A stretch of DNA of 31,651 bases, taken from positions 1-31,651 of IMG/VR virus record IMGVR_UViG_3300049436_000058; one strand, written 5' to 3'. This document shows positions 9,519-18,676 of the stretch, one piece after another. Below the pieces are notes generated by a model, which worked only from the letters and a program-made list of their open reading frames with translations, had not been told where the DNA came from and searched no databases. A program made the position numbers and the translations under genes. Every line of letters starts with the position of its first letter. Within the stretch, counting starts at the first letter, position 1. Origin of the DNA: a virus. Its lineage: Duplodnaviria > Caudoviricetes.

Positions 9519-9865
9519 GCGCGAAAAGCGAGCTTTACGACGCGCTGAATGCCGATGCCGCGTTGGCGGCGCTGGTGGAGGAGCGCATCTATCCGGACGC
9601 CGTACCGCAGGGCGTGGCGCTGCCGGCGGTCGTCTATACCGCGCAAGCCTTTCCGGAATACGGCCTCGACAGCAGCGTGCTTGCCGAGCGCACGGCGTTC
9701 ACCATCGGCTGCTGGGGCGCGACGCGCGCGAGCGCGGACGCCGTCGCCGCAGCGGTGAAGGCGGTGCTGGCTGGCCTGGACCTGACGCCGGCCGGCCCGC
9801 AGGACGCCTACGACCCCGAAGTGGGGGCGTATTCATCGACGCTGGAAGTCGACTTCTGGACCTGA
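9515..9865 (+). CDS. Tail terminator/completion protein (DUF3168-like)
   Basis: LAALVEERIYPDAVPQG..LPAVVY motif, position before the tail tube gene, ATGA overlap. Confidence 0.8.
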   Translation: MSAKSELYDALNADAALAALVEERIYPDAVPQGVALPAVVYTAQAFPEYGLDSSVLAERTAFTIGCWGATRASADAVAAAVKAVLAGLDLTPAGPQDAYDPEVGAYSSTLEVDFWT

Positions 9866-9885
9866 CAGGAAAAGTTTTCAACCCG

Positions 9886-9913
9886 GCCCCGCCATCGTGC
9901 GGGGCTTTTTTTT
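9886..9913 (+). terminator. Intrinsic terminator-like hairpin directly before the tail tube RBS
   Basis: GCCCCGC-CATCGT-GCGGGGC followed by 8 T, then AGGAG. Confidence 0.7.
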
Positions 9914-9924
9914 AGGAGCTCACC

Positions 9925-10572
9925 ATGGGCAACGCACTTATCGGCCGCAATGTTCGGGTCGAGATCAGCAAGACCGAAGGCACGCCGAAAACCGTCACCG
10001 CCGTCACCCAGGCCAATCCTGGCGTGGCGTCTTCCACCGCGCACGGTCAGGCCGATGGCGCCGTTGGCTACCTTGACGGCGTCACCGGCATGGTCCAGCT
10101 GGATGGCCAGGCGGCGCGCGTCAATTCTCCGGTGACCGACAGCTTCCAGCTGGAGAACATCAATACGACGAACTACCCGGCCTTCACCGCCGGCACGTTC
10201 GTCCCGATCACCGCCTGGTCGACGCTGGCGCGGTCGAGCAGCTATTCGATCGGCGGCGGCGAGGGCGACAAGCTCGACAACACCGTCCTGCTCAACGTCC
10301 TCAAGCAGGAAGAGAACGGCCTGCTCGCCGCGCAGACCGTCAATTTCGGCCTCAAGCTGGAAACGGTCGACGACGAGGCCCTTGGATTGATCACCGATGC
10401 CGCGCTGAACCAGAGCCTCCTGGTCTTTCGCATCACCCTGTCGGACGGCGCGCAGCGCGTCTTCCGCGGCCAGCCCTCGCTGCCCGGCGAAGACGTGCAG
10501 CAGGGCCAGATCGGCACCGGCGCGATCAGCGTCACGATCAAGGGCCAGATCGTCCGTCTGCCGGCGGTGTAA
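9925..10572 (+). CDS. Major tail tube protein
   Basis: 215 aa, strong RBS, VTAVTQANPGVA and FRITLSDG..RVFRG motifs; lies before the chaperone and tape measure genes. Confidence 0.85.
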   Translation: MGNALIGRNVRVEISKTEGTPKTVTAVTQANPGVASSTAHGQADGAVGYLDGVTGMVQLDGQAARVNSPVTDSFQLENINTTNYPAFTAGTFVPITAWSTLARSSSYSIGGGEGDKLDNTVLLNVLKQEENGLLAAQTVNFGLKLETVDDEALGLITDAALNQSLLVFRITLSDGAQRVFRGQPSLPGEDVQQGQIGTGAISVTIKGQIVRLPAV

Positions 10573-10575
10573 GTC

Positions 10576-10950
10576 ATGACGCCGGACGTCCTCATCAAGA
10601 AGCTCCTCGCCCAGCGCGAAAGCTGGGTCGACCTGCCGGACGGCAAGCGCGTGCGCATCCGCCGCCCGGCCGAAGCGCAGCTGGCCGACCTCGTCGTGCG
10701 CGACGCGGCCGGCAAGCCGAGCGGCCTGCGCATCGGTCTGGATGAAGTCAAGCGCTACGTCACCGGCTGGGAGGGTGTCACCGAAGCCGACCTGATCGTC
10801 TCCGGCGCGTCCGACCCGGTGGATTTCGACCCGGCCCTGTGGGCGTCCGTGATCGAAGACCGGCGCGACTGGGTCGGCCCCATCGCGCAGGCCCTGCTCG
10901 ACGCCATCCTGCAGCACGAAACCGCCGCCGAGGCCGTCTCGGGAAACTGA
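10576..10950 (+). CDS. Tail assembly chaperone (lambda G-like)
   Basis: Between tail tube and tape measure; ends in a slippery heptamer. Confidence 0.85.
   Translation: MTPDVLIKKLLAQRESWVDLPDGKRVRIRRPAEAQLADLVVRDAAGKPSGLRIGLDEVKRYVTGWEGVTEADLIVSGASDPVDFDPALWASVIEDRRDWVGPIAQALLDAILQHETAAEAVSGN
10941..10947 (+). promoter_or_regulatory. Programmed -1 ribosomal frameshift site G GGA AAC
   Basis: X XXY YYZ heptamer in the last codons of the chaperone; the -1 frame continues GKLIACL... to the stop at 11180. Confidence 0.85.
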
Positions 10951-11180
10951 TCGCCTGTCTCGATGCCGCGGCGGGCGTCGAGACGGAAGGCATCGACCCG
11001 CCGCGGGCCGAGTCCGCCGACCGTCTGGCCATCCGTGCCGCCAACCTGCTCGGCAACGGCATGGGTGGCCTCGATTGGGACGGCGTGCACCTGATCGCCG
11101 CCTGGCTCGGCATCGAAGACATCGAAGGCCTGATGTTGCGGCTCTCCGTCATCAAGCTCCACACACCACCGGAAGACTGA
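10941..11180 (+). CDS. Frameshift extension of the tail chaperone (GT-like C-terminus)
   Basis: Open -1 frame containing GGLDWDGVHLIAAWLGIEDIE, ending 1 nt before the tape measure ATG. Confidence 0.8.
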   Translation, partial: GKLIACLDAAAGVETEGIDPPRAESADRLAIRAANLLGNGMGGLDWDGVHLIAAWLGIEDIEGLMLRLSVIKLHTPPED

Positions 11181-11181
11181 C

Positions 11182-13098
11182 ATGGCCATCGCCACGCTGA
11201 CCGTCGACCTCGTCGCCAAGCTCGCCAAGTTCGAGGCGGACATGGGCCGCGCGACGCACATCGTCGAGCGCTCGGCCAACAAGCTCACTGGTGCCTTCAA
11301 GGGGATCGGCGCTGGCCTGTCGTTCGGCGCCATCGTCGCCGGCTTCGATCGCCTGATCGATTCCGCCGCCGCCCTCGACGACATGGCGGAAAAAACCGGC
11401 GCCAGTGTCGAGCAGCTGTCGAAGCTCGAGCGGGTAGCCAAGGTATCCGGCACCAGCCTGGATACCGTCGAGATGTCCCTGGTGCGCCTGGCCAAGGCCC
11501 TGCACTCGACCGACGAGGAATCGAAGGGTGCCGACAAGGCGCTCAAGGCCATCGGCCTCAGCGTCGATGAGCTGAAAGGGCTGGACACCGGCGCCGCGCT
11601 GCAGAAGGTCGCCGAGGCGCTGGCGAAATACGAGGACGGCGCCGGCAAGACCGCCATCGCCCTGGACCTGCTGGGCAAGAGCGGCGCCCAGGCCTTGCCG
11701 TATCTCAAGGATCTGGCGGAGGCAGGCGAGATCAATGCCACGCTGACCGCCGAGCAGGCCGCAGCCGCGGAGAAATTCCAGAAAGCCTTCAACCGGGTCG
11801 GCTCCGTTGCCACGGAGAACGCGCGCGCCTTCGCCGTCGAGTTGCTGCCGGCGATCTCCAGGGTTGGCGACGGCATCCAGGGCCTGGTGCGCCTGGCCGA
11901 GGTTGCCGGCAAGGCCCTGGCCGTGCTGGCGCACGGCGCCGCGCTGATCAGGCTGCCCTTCGCCGAGAGCCCGGCAGACGCCAAGCGGATGCTGGCGGAG
12001 TTCGACGCCATCCGCAAGCTGGCGGCCGATGACCTCGACGAGATCGTCATGCGCCCGCTGTTCAGCAGCCAGGCGCAGCTGCCCGCGCCGGCAGCCTCCA
12101 AGCTCAGCAGCCTGTCCGGCTACACCAGCAAGGCGGGCAAGGACAAAAAAACCACCGACCGCTCCGTCGACGACCTCGAATCGCGCCTCGCCCAGCGCGT
12201 CGGCGGCGCGATCAACGATTCCGACCTGGCCAAGGCGCAGGAATTCGCCCTGACGATCGAGCGGCTAGACAAATTGTTCTTCGACGCCGGTCTCGATGCG
12301 GATGTCTATGCGTCTGCACTCGACAAGCTGACCGGCCGGCACGCCGAGACCGGCAAAAGCGCCGAGCGCCTGGCCGAGCTGCTTGCCGCCACGCCGACGG
12401 CGAAGATCGAGGAAGCGCGCGCCGACATGATCCTGCTGGCGGAGGCCTTCGAGCAGGGCAAGCTCAGCGCCGAGGGCTTCAGCGAAGCCGCCCGCACCCG
12501 GCTCGGCACGCTCGACGACGGCCTCAAGCAGACCAAGTCTCTGGCCGAAGAGCTCGGCCTGACCTTCACCAGCGCCTTCGAAGACGCCGTCATTTCCGGC
12601 GAAAAGGTTTCCGTCGTGCTGAAAGGCCTCGCGCAGGACGTTGCCCGCATCTTCCTGCGCAAGAGCTTCACCGAGCCTCTGGGCAAATGGTTTTCCGACC
12701 TCGATTTCAGCAAGCTGTTCAGCAAGAACGCCGCCGGCGGCGTGTACAAGAGCCCCAGCCTGTCGGCCTACTCCGGCCAGGTATACGACACCCCGCGTCT
12801 GTTCGCCTTCGCGCGCGGCGCCGGGATCTTCGGCGAGGCGGGCGCCGAAGCGATCATGCCGCTCAAGCGCGGCAGCGACGGCAAACTGGGCGTCGCGGCG
12901 AGCGGCGGCGGCGTCACGGTGACCATCATCAACCAGACACAGGCGAAGGTCACCGCGCGCGAATCGCTGGTCGATGGCAAGCGCGAGCTCATGGTGCTGG
13001 TTCAGGACACCGTCACCGCGCTGCTCGGCGGTGGCGCGCTGGATGGCGCCATGCGGCAGAACTTCGGCGCCGGCCGGGTGGGGGTGCTGCGTGGCTAA
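11182..13098 (+). CDS. Tail tape measure protein
   Basis: 638 aa, Ala/Leu-rich helical; N-terminal IATLTVDLVA; lambda-type C-terminal NAAGGVY...GEAGAEAIMPL. Confidence 0.93.
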   Translation: MAIATLTVDLVAKLAKFEADMGRATHIVERSANKLTGAFKGIGAGLSFGAIVAGFDRLIDSAAALDDMAEKTGASVEQLSKLERVAKVSGTSLDTVEMSLVRLAKALHSTDEESKGADKALKAIGLSVDELKGLDTGAALQKVAEALAKYEDGAGKTAIALDLLGKSGAQALPYLKDLAEAGEINATLTAEQAAAAEKFQKAFNRVGSVATENARAFAVELLPAISRVGDGIQGLVRLAEVAGKALAVLAHGAALIRLPFAESPADAKRMLAEFDAIRKLAADDLDEIVMRPLFSSQAQLPAPAASKLSSLSGYTSKAGKDKKTTDRSVDDLESRLAQRVGGAINDSDLAKAQEFALTIERLDKLFFDAGLDADVYASALDKLTGRHAETGKSAERLAELLAATPTAKIEEARADMILLAEAFEQGKLSAEGFSEAARTRLGTLDDGLKQTKSLAEELGLTFTSAFEDAVISGEKVSVVLKGLAQDVARIFLRKSFTEPLGKWFSDLDFSKLFSKNAAGGVYKSPSLSAYSGQVYDTPRLFAFARGAGIFGEAGAEAIMPLKRGSDGKLGVAASGGGVTVTIINQTQAKVTARESLVDGKRELMVLVQDTVTALLGGGALDGAMRQNFGAGRVGVLRG

Positions 13099-13441
13099 CT
13101 GGCCTTCTTCCCTGCCGCCGCTGCCGCTGGCGGCCGACTACGCCGACACGCTGCCCGATACGCTCGCCCGCACGCAAATGGACGCCGGCCCGGCTAAAGT
13201 CAGGCGCCGCACCACGGCGGCCGTGCGTCCGCTCACCGCCTCCTTCCTGTTCACGAAAGCGCAGTGCGCGACGCTGCAGACGTTCTACGAGGACACGCTG
13301 GCCGGCGGCGCGCTGGCCTTCGACTGGATCCTGCCGCGCACCGGCGCCGCCGCCTCGCTGCGCTTTCTCGCGCCGCCGACGTTCGGCTCGCCGAGCGGCA
13401 AATGGTGGCGCGTCACCTGCCAGCTTGAGGTGCTGCCGTGA
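13091..13441 (+). CDS. Distal tail/minor tail protein
   Basis: GTG 13091 overlapping the tape measure end; WPSSLP...RTQMDAGPAKVRRR motif. Confidence 0.75.
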   Translation: MANWPSSLPPLPLAADYADTLPDTLARTQMDAGPAKVRRRTTAAVRPLTASFLFTKAQCATLQTFYEDTLAGGALAFDWILPRTGAAASLRFLAPPTFGSPSGKWWRVTCQLEVLP

Positions 13442-13911
13442 GGACCATCTCCTCCACCGCCCACGCCGCCATCTACGCCGCGCAGACGGGCGAGGCCTTC
13501 CTCATGCTGCTGACGATCTCGCACGCTGAGCTCGCCGCGCCGATCCGCGTCACCTCGGACGGCGTCGTCACGACCCACGGCGGGCAGCCTTACAACCCGT
13601 GGCCGTTCGCCATCGCGCTGCCCTTCGAGCGCGACGACCAGCTCGCCACCACGCGCCTGGTCATCGACGCCATCGACCGCTCGATCGTCATCGCGCTGCG
13701 CTCGATCAGCAGCGCGCCGACCGTCGAGCTGAAGGTGGTGCTGGCCAGCTCGCCGGACACCATCGAGGCCGGCCCCTTCACCTTCACGCTGAAGAACGCC
13801 GCTTACGACGTGGTGACGGTGGAAGGCGACCTGGCCTTCGAAGACATCCTCAACGAGGGTTTCCCCGGCGGCAGCTTCGTGCCGACCTCACACCCCGGGC
13901 TGTTCGGATGA
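13438..13911 (+). CDS. Tail tip protein (DUF1833-like)
   Basis: LLTISHAELAAPIRV, PFAIALP, VVLASSPDTIEAGP and FVPTSHPGLF motifs. Confidence 0.8.
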   Translation: MRTISSTAHAAIYAAQTGEAFLMLLTISHAELAAPIRVTSDGVVTTHGGQPYNPWPFAIALPFERDDQLATTRLVIDAIDRSIVIALRSISSAPTVELKVVLASSPDTIEAGPFTFTLKNAAYDVVTVEGDLAFEDILNEGFPGGSFVPTSHPGLFG

Positions 13912-14657
13912 GCGCGCTACTTGCAGCGGAAACGCATGTCGAGGCTGGCGGCATCGGGGGAGGGCTTGGCGGCATCAAGCAGTTCGGCCTCGCGCCCGCC
14001 GCAGTGGCGGGCGGCGCGTGCCTTGCCGATGGCCATGAAATCGTCGCGGATCTCCAGCTCGTCGATCCAGCGGATGCCGGCGCCGGCCATGACCAGCACG
14101 TCGAACACGCCGCCGGGCTGCTCGACCAGGGCGGAGTGGTAGCGGTAGCCGTTCCGCTCGGTCGGATCGAAGGTGGCGTTGTTGTACTTGGCGGGCATGC
14201 AGCCGGCCAAAAGCACGCCGCAGAACAGGGCAGGGCACAAGCGTCGCATGATCGCGTCTCCGTCGAGTGGGTGACCGATTATATCGGGCTGCCCTTCCTT
14301 GCCAAGGGCCGCACGCGCGCCGGACTCGATTGTTGGGGCCTGGTGCGCCTGGTGATGCAGGAGCGCTTCGGCGTCGCCCTGCCGGTGTGGGCCGAAGGTT
14401 ACGACGACATCGAGCCCAATCCGCGCACCGCAGGCCACCTGCGCGCCTGCGCCGGCGCCTTCGTCCGCCACGATCCCGCCGCCGCACGCCCCGGCGACAT
14501 CCTGCTGTTCCGCATCGGCGGCCACCTGGCCCACGTCGGCCTCGACATCGGCGCCGGCCGCATGCTGCACATCCACGATGGCATCAATGCCTGCATCGAA
14601 CGCTGGCGCGGCCCGCGCTGGCTGCCGCGCCTGGAGGGGGCATACCGTCATGGCTGA
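13908..14657 (+). CDS. NlpC/P60 (C40) tail assembly protein; start uncertain (coupled ATG 13908 or GTG 14271)
   Basis: YIGLPF..GR...GLDCWGLV, PGDILLF, HVGL and MLH motifs in 14268-14657. The frame is open back to an ATGA overlap at 13908. Confidence 0.85.
   Translation: MSALLAAETHVEAGGIGGGLGGIKQFGLAPAAVAGGACLADGHEIVADLQLVDPADAGAGHDQHVEHAAGLLDQGGVVAVAVPLGRIEGGVVVLGGHAAGQKHAAEQGRAQASHDRVSVEWVTDYIGLPFLAKGRTRAGLDCWGLVRLVMQERFGVALPVWAEGYDDIEPNPRTAGHLRACAGAFVRHDPAAARPGDILLFRIGGHLAHVGLDIGAGRMLHIHDGINACIERWRGPRWLPRLEGAYRHG
13917..14249 (-). CDS. Antisense lipoprotein (moron-like), 110 aa
   Basis: MRRLCPALFCGVLLAGC lipobox; GGAGA RBS; own promoter upstream. Confidence 0.8.
   Translation of the reverse strand: MRRLCPALFCGVLLAGCMPAKYNNATFDPTERNGYRYHSALVEQPGGVFDVLVMAGAGIRWIDELEIRDDFMAIGKARAARHCGGREAELLDAAKPSPDAASLDMRFRCK
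14278..14305 (-). promoter_or_regulatory. Sigma70-type promoter for the antisense lipoprotein
   Basis: TTGGCA (14305-14300), 16-nt spacer, TATAAT (14283-14278) on the - strand, inside NlpC/P60 codons. Confidence 0.7.
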
Positions 14658-17600
14658 CCTGCGCCCGCCGCCCATCCGCCTCATTGTCCTTCGTCACCCC
14701 TTCAGCCAGTCGCGCGAGGTGGTCGAGGCCCCCTTCGGCCAGACTTTGGAGGCGCTCGCCGCCGACCAGGACCTGGCCGATGCCCACGCCCTGGCTCTGG
14801 TCGGCGGCGTGGCCGTGCCGCGCGCCGCCTGGAAGTGGCTCAAGCCCAAGCCCGGCGTCGAGGTCATCCTGCGCCGCGTGCCGGAGAAGGGCGGCAAGAG
14901 CGGCCTCGGTGCGCTGCTCTCCATCGCCAGCTTCTTCGTGCCGGCGTTCGGGCCGACGATCTCCATCCTCGGCCAGTCGTTCTCGGTCGGGCAGATGCTC
15001 GTCAAAGGCGCGCTCTTCCTCGCCAGTTCCGCGCTTTCCCGTCCGCAATCGCAGCGCCTCGGCTCCACCGGCGCGCGCGACGCGCCGACCTTCCAGCTCA
15101 CCGGCACCTCGAACAAGGCCGCGCCCTACGGCCCGGTGCCGCGCCTGTACGGCTGCCATCGCATCTACCCGCCGATCGCCGCCGTGCCCTACACCGAGAC
15201 GATCGGCGGCAAGCACTACCTCAACATGCTCTTCGACTTCGGCTACGGGCCGCTGCTGTTCGACGACTTCCGCATCGGCGCGACGCCCCTCGCCAACTTC
15301 ACCGGCGTCGAAATGGAGGTCCGTCCCGGCTACGAAAACGACGCCCCCATCACGCTGTACCGCAACGATGTCAGCGCGCAGGCGCTGGCCATCCTGATCG
15401 AGCAGGCCGACGGCGCCCGCGTCATCGAGACAGGGCTGGGCGCCGACGAAGCCACGCTCAACTTCGTCTTCCAGCAGGGGCTGGTCACCTTCGACCCGGA
15501 GAGCGGCGGCCGGCTTAATCGCACGGTGCGGATCCACGTCGACTACCGTCTTGCCGGCAGCGGCGGGCCGTGGCTCTACGAAGGCGTGCAGGGCACCGTC
15601 GTGCCGACGGCCAGCACCGCCGCCACGCTGATCGCCAGCACCGCCACCAGCAAGACTTACCGCACCGACGAAAAGACCACCGGCGCCGTCCAGCTCAGCG
15701 TCGACATGGTGGAGGGCGACGAGCTGCGCATCAGCACGCGCAGCTACGGCGACACCGTGTGGGTGCAGCAGAGCGTGCAGGTCTGCGCCGGCGGCGCGAT
15801 GGTGGTTACCTACGTGACCAACGGCGAGCAGCTGATCCCCGTGGAAGAGTGGGTCACCGACGAAGGCACGCGCTCCGTCAGCCTGATCGTCGCGCCGTCG
15901 GTGCAGAGCGAGATCCTCATCGAGCAGGTCACGCCGGCCGCCGCGCCCGTGGTCAACGGCTTCTCGTACAGCTACCCGTCGTCGGGCTACTACGACTTCC
16001 GCGCGCGGAAGGTCAGCCCCTACCTGACCTCGGCGCGCATCATCTTCCCGACGCGCGGAAAATACGAAATCCGCGTCCAGCGCATCACCGCCGACACCGA
16101 GTCGAGCAGCGTGCTCGACGACATCACATGGTCCGGCCTGAACAGCGTCACCTACGCCAGCCCGACCAACGTCACCGGCCACGCCCTGATCGCCCTGCGC
16201 ATCGAGGCCACCGAACAGCTCTCCGGCGTGGTGCAGGAGTTCTCCGCCATCTGCACCGCGCTGCTCAAGACCTGGGACGGCGCCGCCTGGACGGACTGGG
16301 TCGAGACGCGCAACCCCGCCTGGGCCTACGCCGACATCCTCAGCGGCACGGCCAATGCCCGCCCGATCGACCGCGCCCGCCTGGATGCCGACGCCCTCAA
16401 GGCCTGGGCCGACGACTGCGCCGCCGGCGGCATCGAGTTCAACGGCGTCTTCGACTTCCGCACCACCGTCTTCGAGGCCGCGCGCGATGTCGCTGCAGTC
16501 GGCCGCGCCAGCTTCCACATGCGCGACGGCCTGTATTCCATCGTCCAGGACAAGGCGCAGACCGTGCCGGTGCAGCACTTCACGCCGCGCAACTCATGGG
16601 GCTACTCGGGCAGCCGCCGCTTCGTCGAGCTGCCGCACGCCCTCAAGTGCCGCTTCCTCAACCGCGACAAGGACTGGCAGCAGGACGAGCGCATGGTCTG
16701 CGACGACGGCTATACCGAAGAGACCGCCACGCGCTTCGAGGTCATCGAGCTCTTCGGCGTCGACAACGCCGACCAGGCATGGAAGGACGGCCGCCGCTAC
16801 ATCGCCAACGCCCGCCTGCGGCCGGAGGAGCACTCCTTCTTCGCCGATGTCGAGCACATCGTCTGCAACCGCGGCGACCTGATCCGCGTCTCGCACGACG
16901 TGCCGCTCTTCGGCCTCGGCTACGGCCGGCTGAAGGCCGTCACCCTCAACGGCACCTCCGAGGCCACCGCCGCCACGCTGGACGCCGCCATCGTCATGGA
17001 GACCGGTCAGGCCTACAGCCTGCGCATCCGCCGCGCTAACGGCGCAAGCGTCGTCGCCGGCATCGACGTCGTCGTCGGCGAGCAGACCGCCGTGACCTTC
17101 ACGACGCCGATCCCCGCCGCAAGCGCGCCGGCCGCCGGCGACCTCTTCATGTTCGGCAAGACCGGCGCCGAGTCCGTCGAGCTGCTGGTCACCGCCATCG
17201 AGCCGCGCGCCGATCTCTCGGCGCAGATCAAGTGCGTCGACGCCGCCCCGGCCGTCTATCAGGCCGACGCCGGGACCATTCCCCCCTGGACCAGCCAGAT
17301 CAGCCTGCCCGCCGTGTGGGAGCGCCGGCCGGCGCGGCCGATCCTCGAAGAGCCCGCCAGCGACGAATCCGTCCTCATCCTCACGCCCGATGGCGGCTAC
17401 CAGGCCGTCATGCAGATCGAGGTCTCCATCCCAGGCGGCAGCGTCGTGCCGGCCGTCTCGCTGGAGATCACCTGGCGCGCCGAGGACGACGACGCCTGGC
17501 AGGTCATGAGCCTGCCGCCGGTGTCGCCGCAGACCGTCACCATCGCCGACGTGCAGGCCGGCATCGCCTACCAGGTGCGCGCCCGCACGCTCGGCGGCGA

Positions 17601-18675
17601 CGGCAGCGCCAGCCTGTACACCGAGATTGCCCACACCGTCATCGGCGCCTCGACCGCGCCGCCGGCCGTCACCAACCTGCTCATCCGCAACGGCGGCCTC
17701 GTCTGGGATCACGCGCCGCCGCGCGACCACGCCGGCTACCGCGTCCGCTACCGCTTCGACATGTCGCGGCACTGGGACAGCGCCGCTCCCGCCCACATCG
17801 GCCTGGTCACCGACACGCCGTTCCCGGTGGATAGCATCCTCGCCGCCGGCGGCACCGCCGTCTTCCTGGTCAGGGCCGAAGATCTCGCCGGCAACCTCTC
17901 CGAAGAGCCCGCCACGCTGATCGTCAATCTCGGCGATGCCGTCACTGACAACGTCATCCTCACGCACAACCTCCACACGGCCTTTCCGGGCACCGTCGTG
18001 GACGGCGCCGTCGATGCGGGCAAGCTGAAGGCCGACGACACGGCCGCCTTCTGGGGGCCGGCCGGCTCGCCCTTCTGGGGCCTGCCCGACGCCGCCTTCT
18101 GGGACACCCAGTTCGCCCAGATGACATACACCTTCAGCGTCGCGCCGTCGGTCGAAGAGTCCGGGCCCGGCCGCGTGCTGCTCGCCCACGACCTGACGGG
18201 CAACGGCTTCGCCATCGACTTCAAGATGGCCGGCAGCGAGGAAGCCTTCTGGGGTGCGCCCGACGAGCCCTTCTGGGGAGCCGCCGCCGATCCCTTCTGG
18301 GCGCTGCCGCCCGACTGGACCGCATGGCCCGGCGAGCTGACGCCGATCCCCGCCGCCGGCATCGACTTCCGCATCGTCATGGCCGGCGGCAGCCAGCGCG
18401 GCATCATCCACACGCTCAGCGTCCTGCTGGATGTGCCGGACGTCATCGAGCACCTCGACGACGTCGCCATCGACAGCGCCGGCACGCGCCTGCCGCTCGC
18501 CGCCGCCTACCGCGCCATCCAGAACGTCGGGCTCACCCTGCAGGACGCCGGCACCGGCGCCCGCAGCATTTTCATCATCGACAAGGACGCCGACCTCGGC
18601 CCGCTCGTGCAGGCGCGCGACGGATCCGGCACCCCGGTCGATGCACTCATAGACGCAACCATCCAGGGGTATTGA
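14650..18675 (+). CDS. Central tail tip / host specificity protein (lambda J-like)
   Basis: 1341 aa; YGPVPRLYG, YEIRVQRIT, TRNPAWAYADIL motifs and FN3-like segments (YQVRART, PPAVTNL); follows NlpC/P60. Confidence 0.9.
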   Translation: MADLRPPPIRLIVLRHPFSQSREVVEAPFGQTLEALAADQDLADAHALALVGGVAVPRAAWKWLKPKPGVEVILRRVPEKGGKSGLGALLSIASFFVPAFGPTISILGQSFSVGQMLVKGALFLASSALSRPQSQRLGSTGARDAPTFQLTGTSNKAAPYGPVPRLYGCHRIYPPIAAVPYTETIGGKHYLNMLFDFGYGPLLFDDFRIGATPLANFTGVEMEVRPGYENDAPITLYRNDVSAQALAILIEQADGARVIETGLGADEATLNFVFQQGLVTFDPESGGRLNRTVRIHVDYRLAGSGGPWLYEGVQGTVVPTASTAATLIASTATSKTYRTDEKTTGAVQLSVDMVEGDELRISTRSYGDTVWVQQSVQVCAGGAMVVTYVTNGEQLIPVEEWVTDEGTRSVSLIVAPSVQSEILIEQVTPAAAPVVNGFSYSYPSSGYYDFRARKVSPYLTSARIIFPTRGKYEIRVQRITADTESSSVLDDITWSGLNSVTYASPTNVTGHALIALRIEATEQLSGVVQEFSAICTALLKTWDGAAWTDWVETRNPAWAYADILSGTANARPIDRARLDADALKAWADDCAAGGIEFNGVFDFRTTVFEAARDVAAVGRASFHMRDGLYSIVQDKAQTVPVQHFTPRNSWGYSGSRRFVELPHALKCRFLNRDKDWQQDERMVCDDGYTEETATRFEVIELFGVDNADQAWKDGRRYIANARLRPEEHSFFADVEHIVCNRGDLIRVSHDVPLFGLGYGRLKAVTLNGTSEATAATLDAAIVMETGQAYSLRIRRANGASVVAGIDVVVGEQTAVTFTTPIPAASAPAAGDLFMFGKTGAESVELLVTAIEPRADLSAQIKCVDAAPAVYQADAGTIPPWTSQISLPAVWERRPARPILEEPASDESVLILTPDGGYQAVMQIEVSIPGGSVVPAVSLEITWRAEDDDAWQVMSLPPVSPQTVTIADVQAGIAYQVRARTLGGDGSASLYTEIAHTVIGASTAPPAVTNLLIRNGGLVWDHAPPRDHAGYRVRYRFDMSRHWDSAAPAHIGLVTDTPFPVDSILAAGGTAVFLVRAEDLAGNLSEEPATLIVNLGDAVTDNVILTHNLHTAFPGTVVDGAVDAGKLKADDTAAFWGPAGSPFWGLPDAAFWDTQFAQMTYTFSVAPSVEESGPGRVLLAHDLTGNGFAIDFKMAGSEEAFWGAPDEPFWGAAADPFWALPPDWTAWPGELTPIPAAGIDFRIVMAGGSQRGIIHTLSVLLDVPDVIEHLDDVAIDSAGTRLPLAAAYRAIQNVGLTLQDAGTGARSIFIIDKDADLGPLVQARDGSGTPVDALIDATIQGY

Positions 18676-18676
18676 A

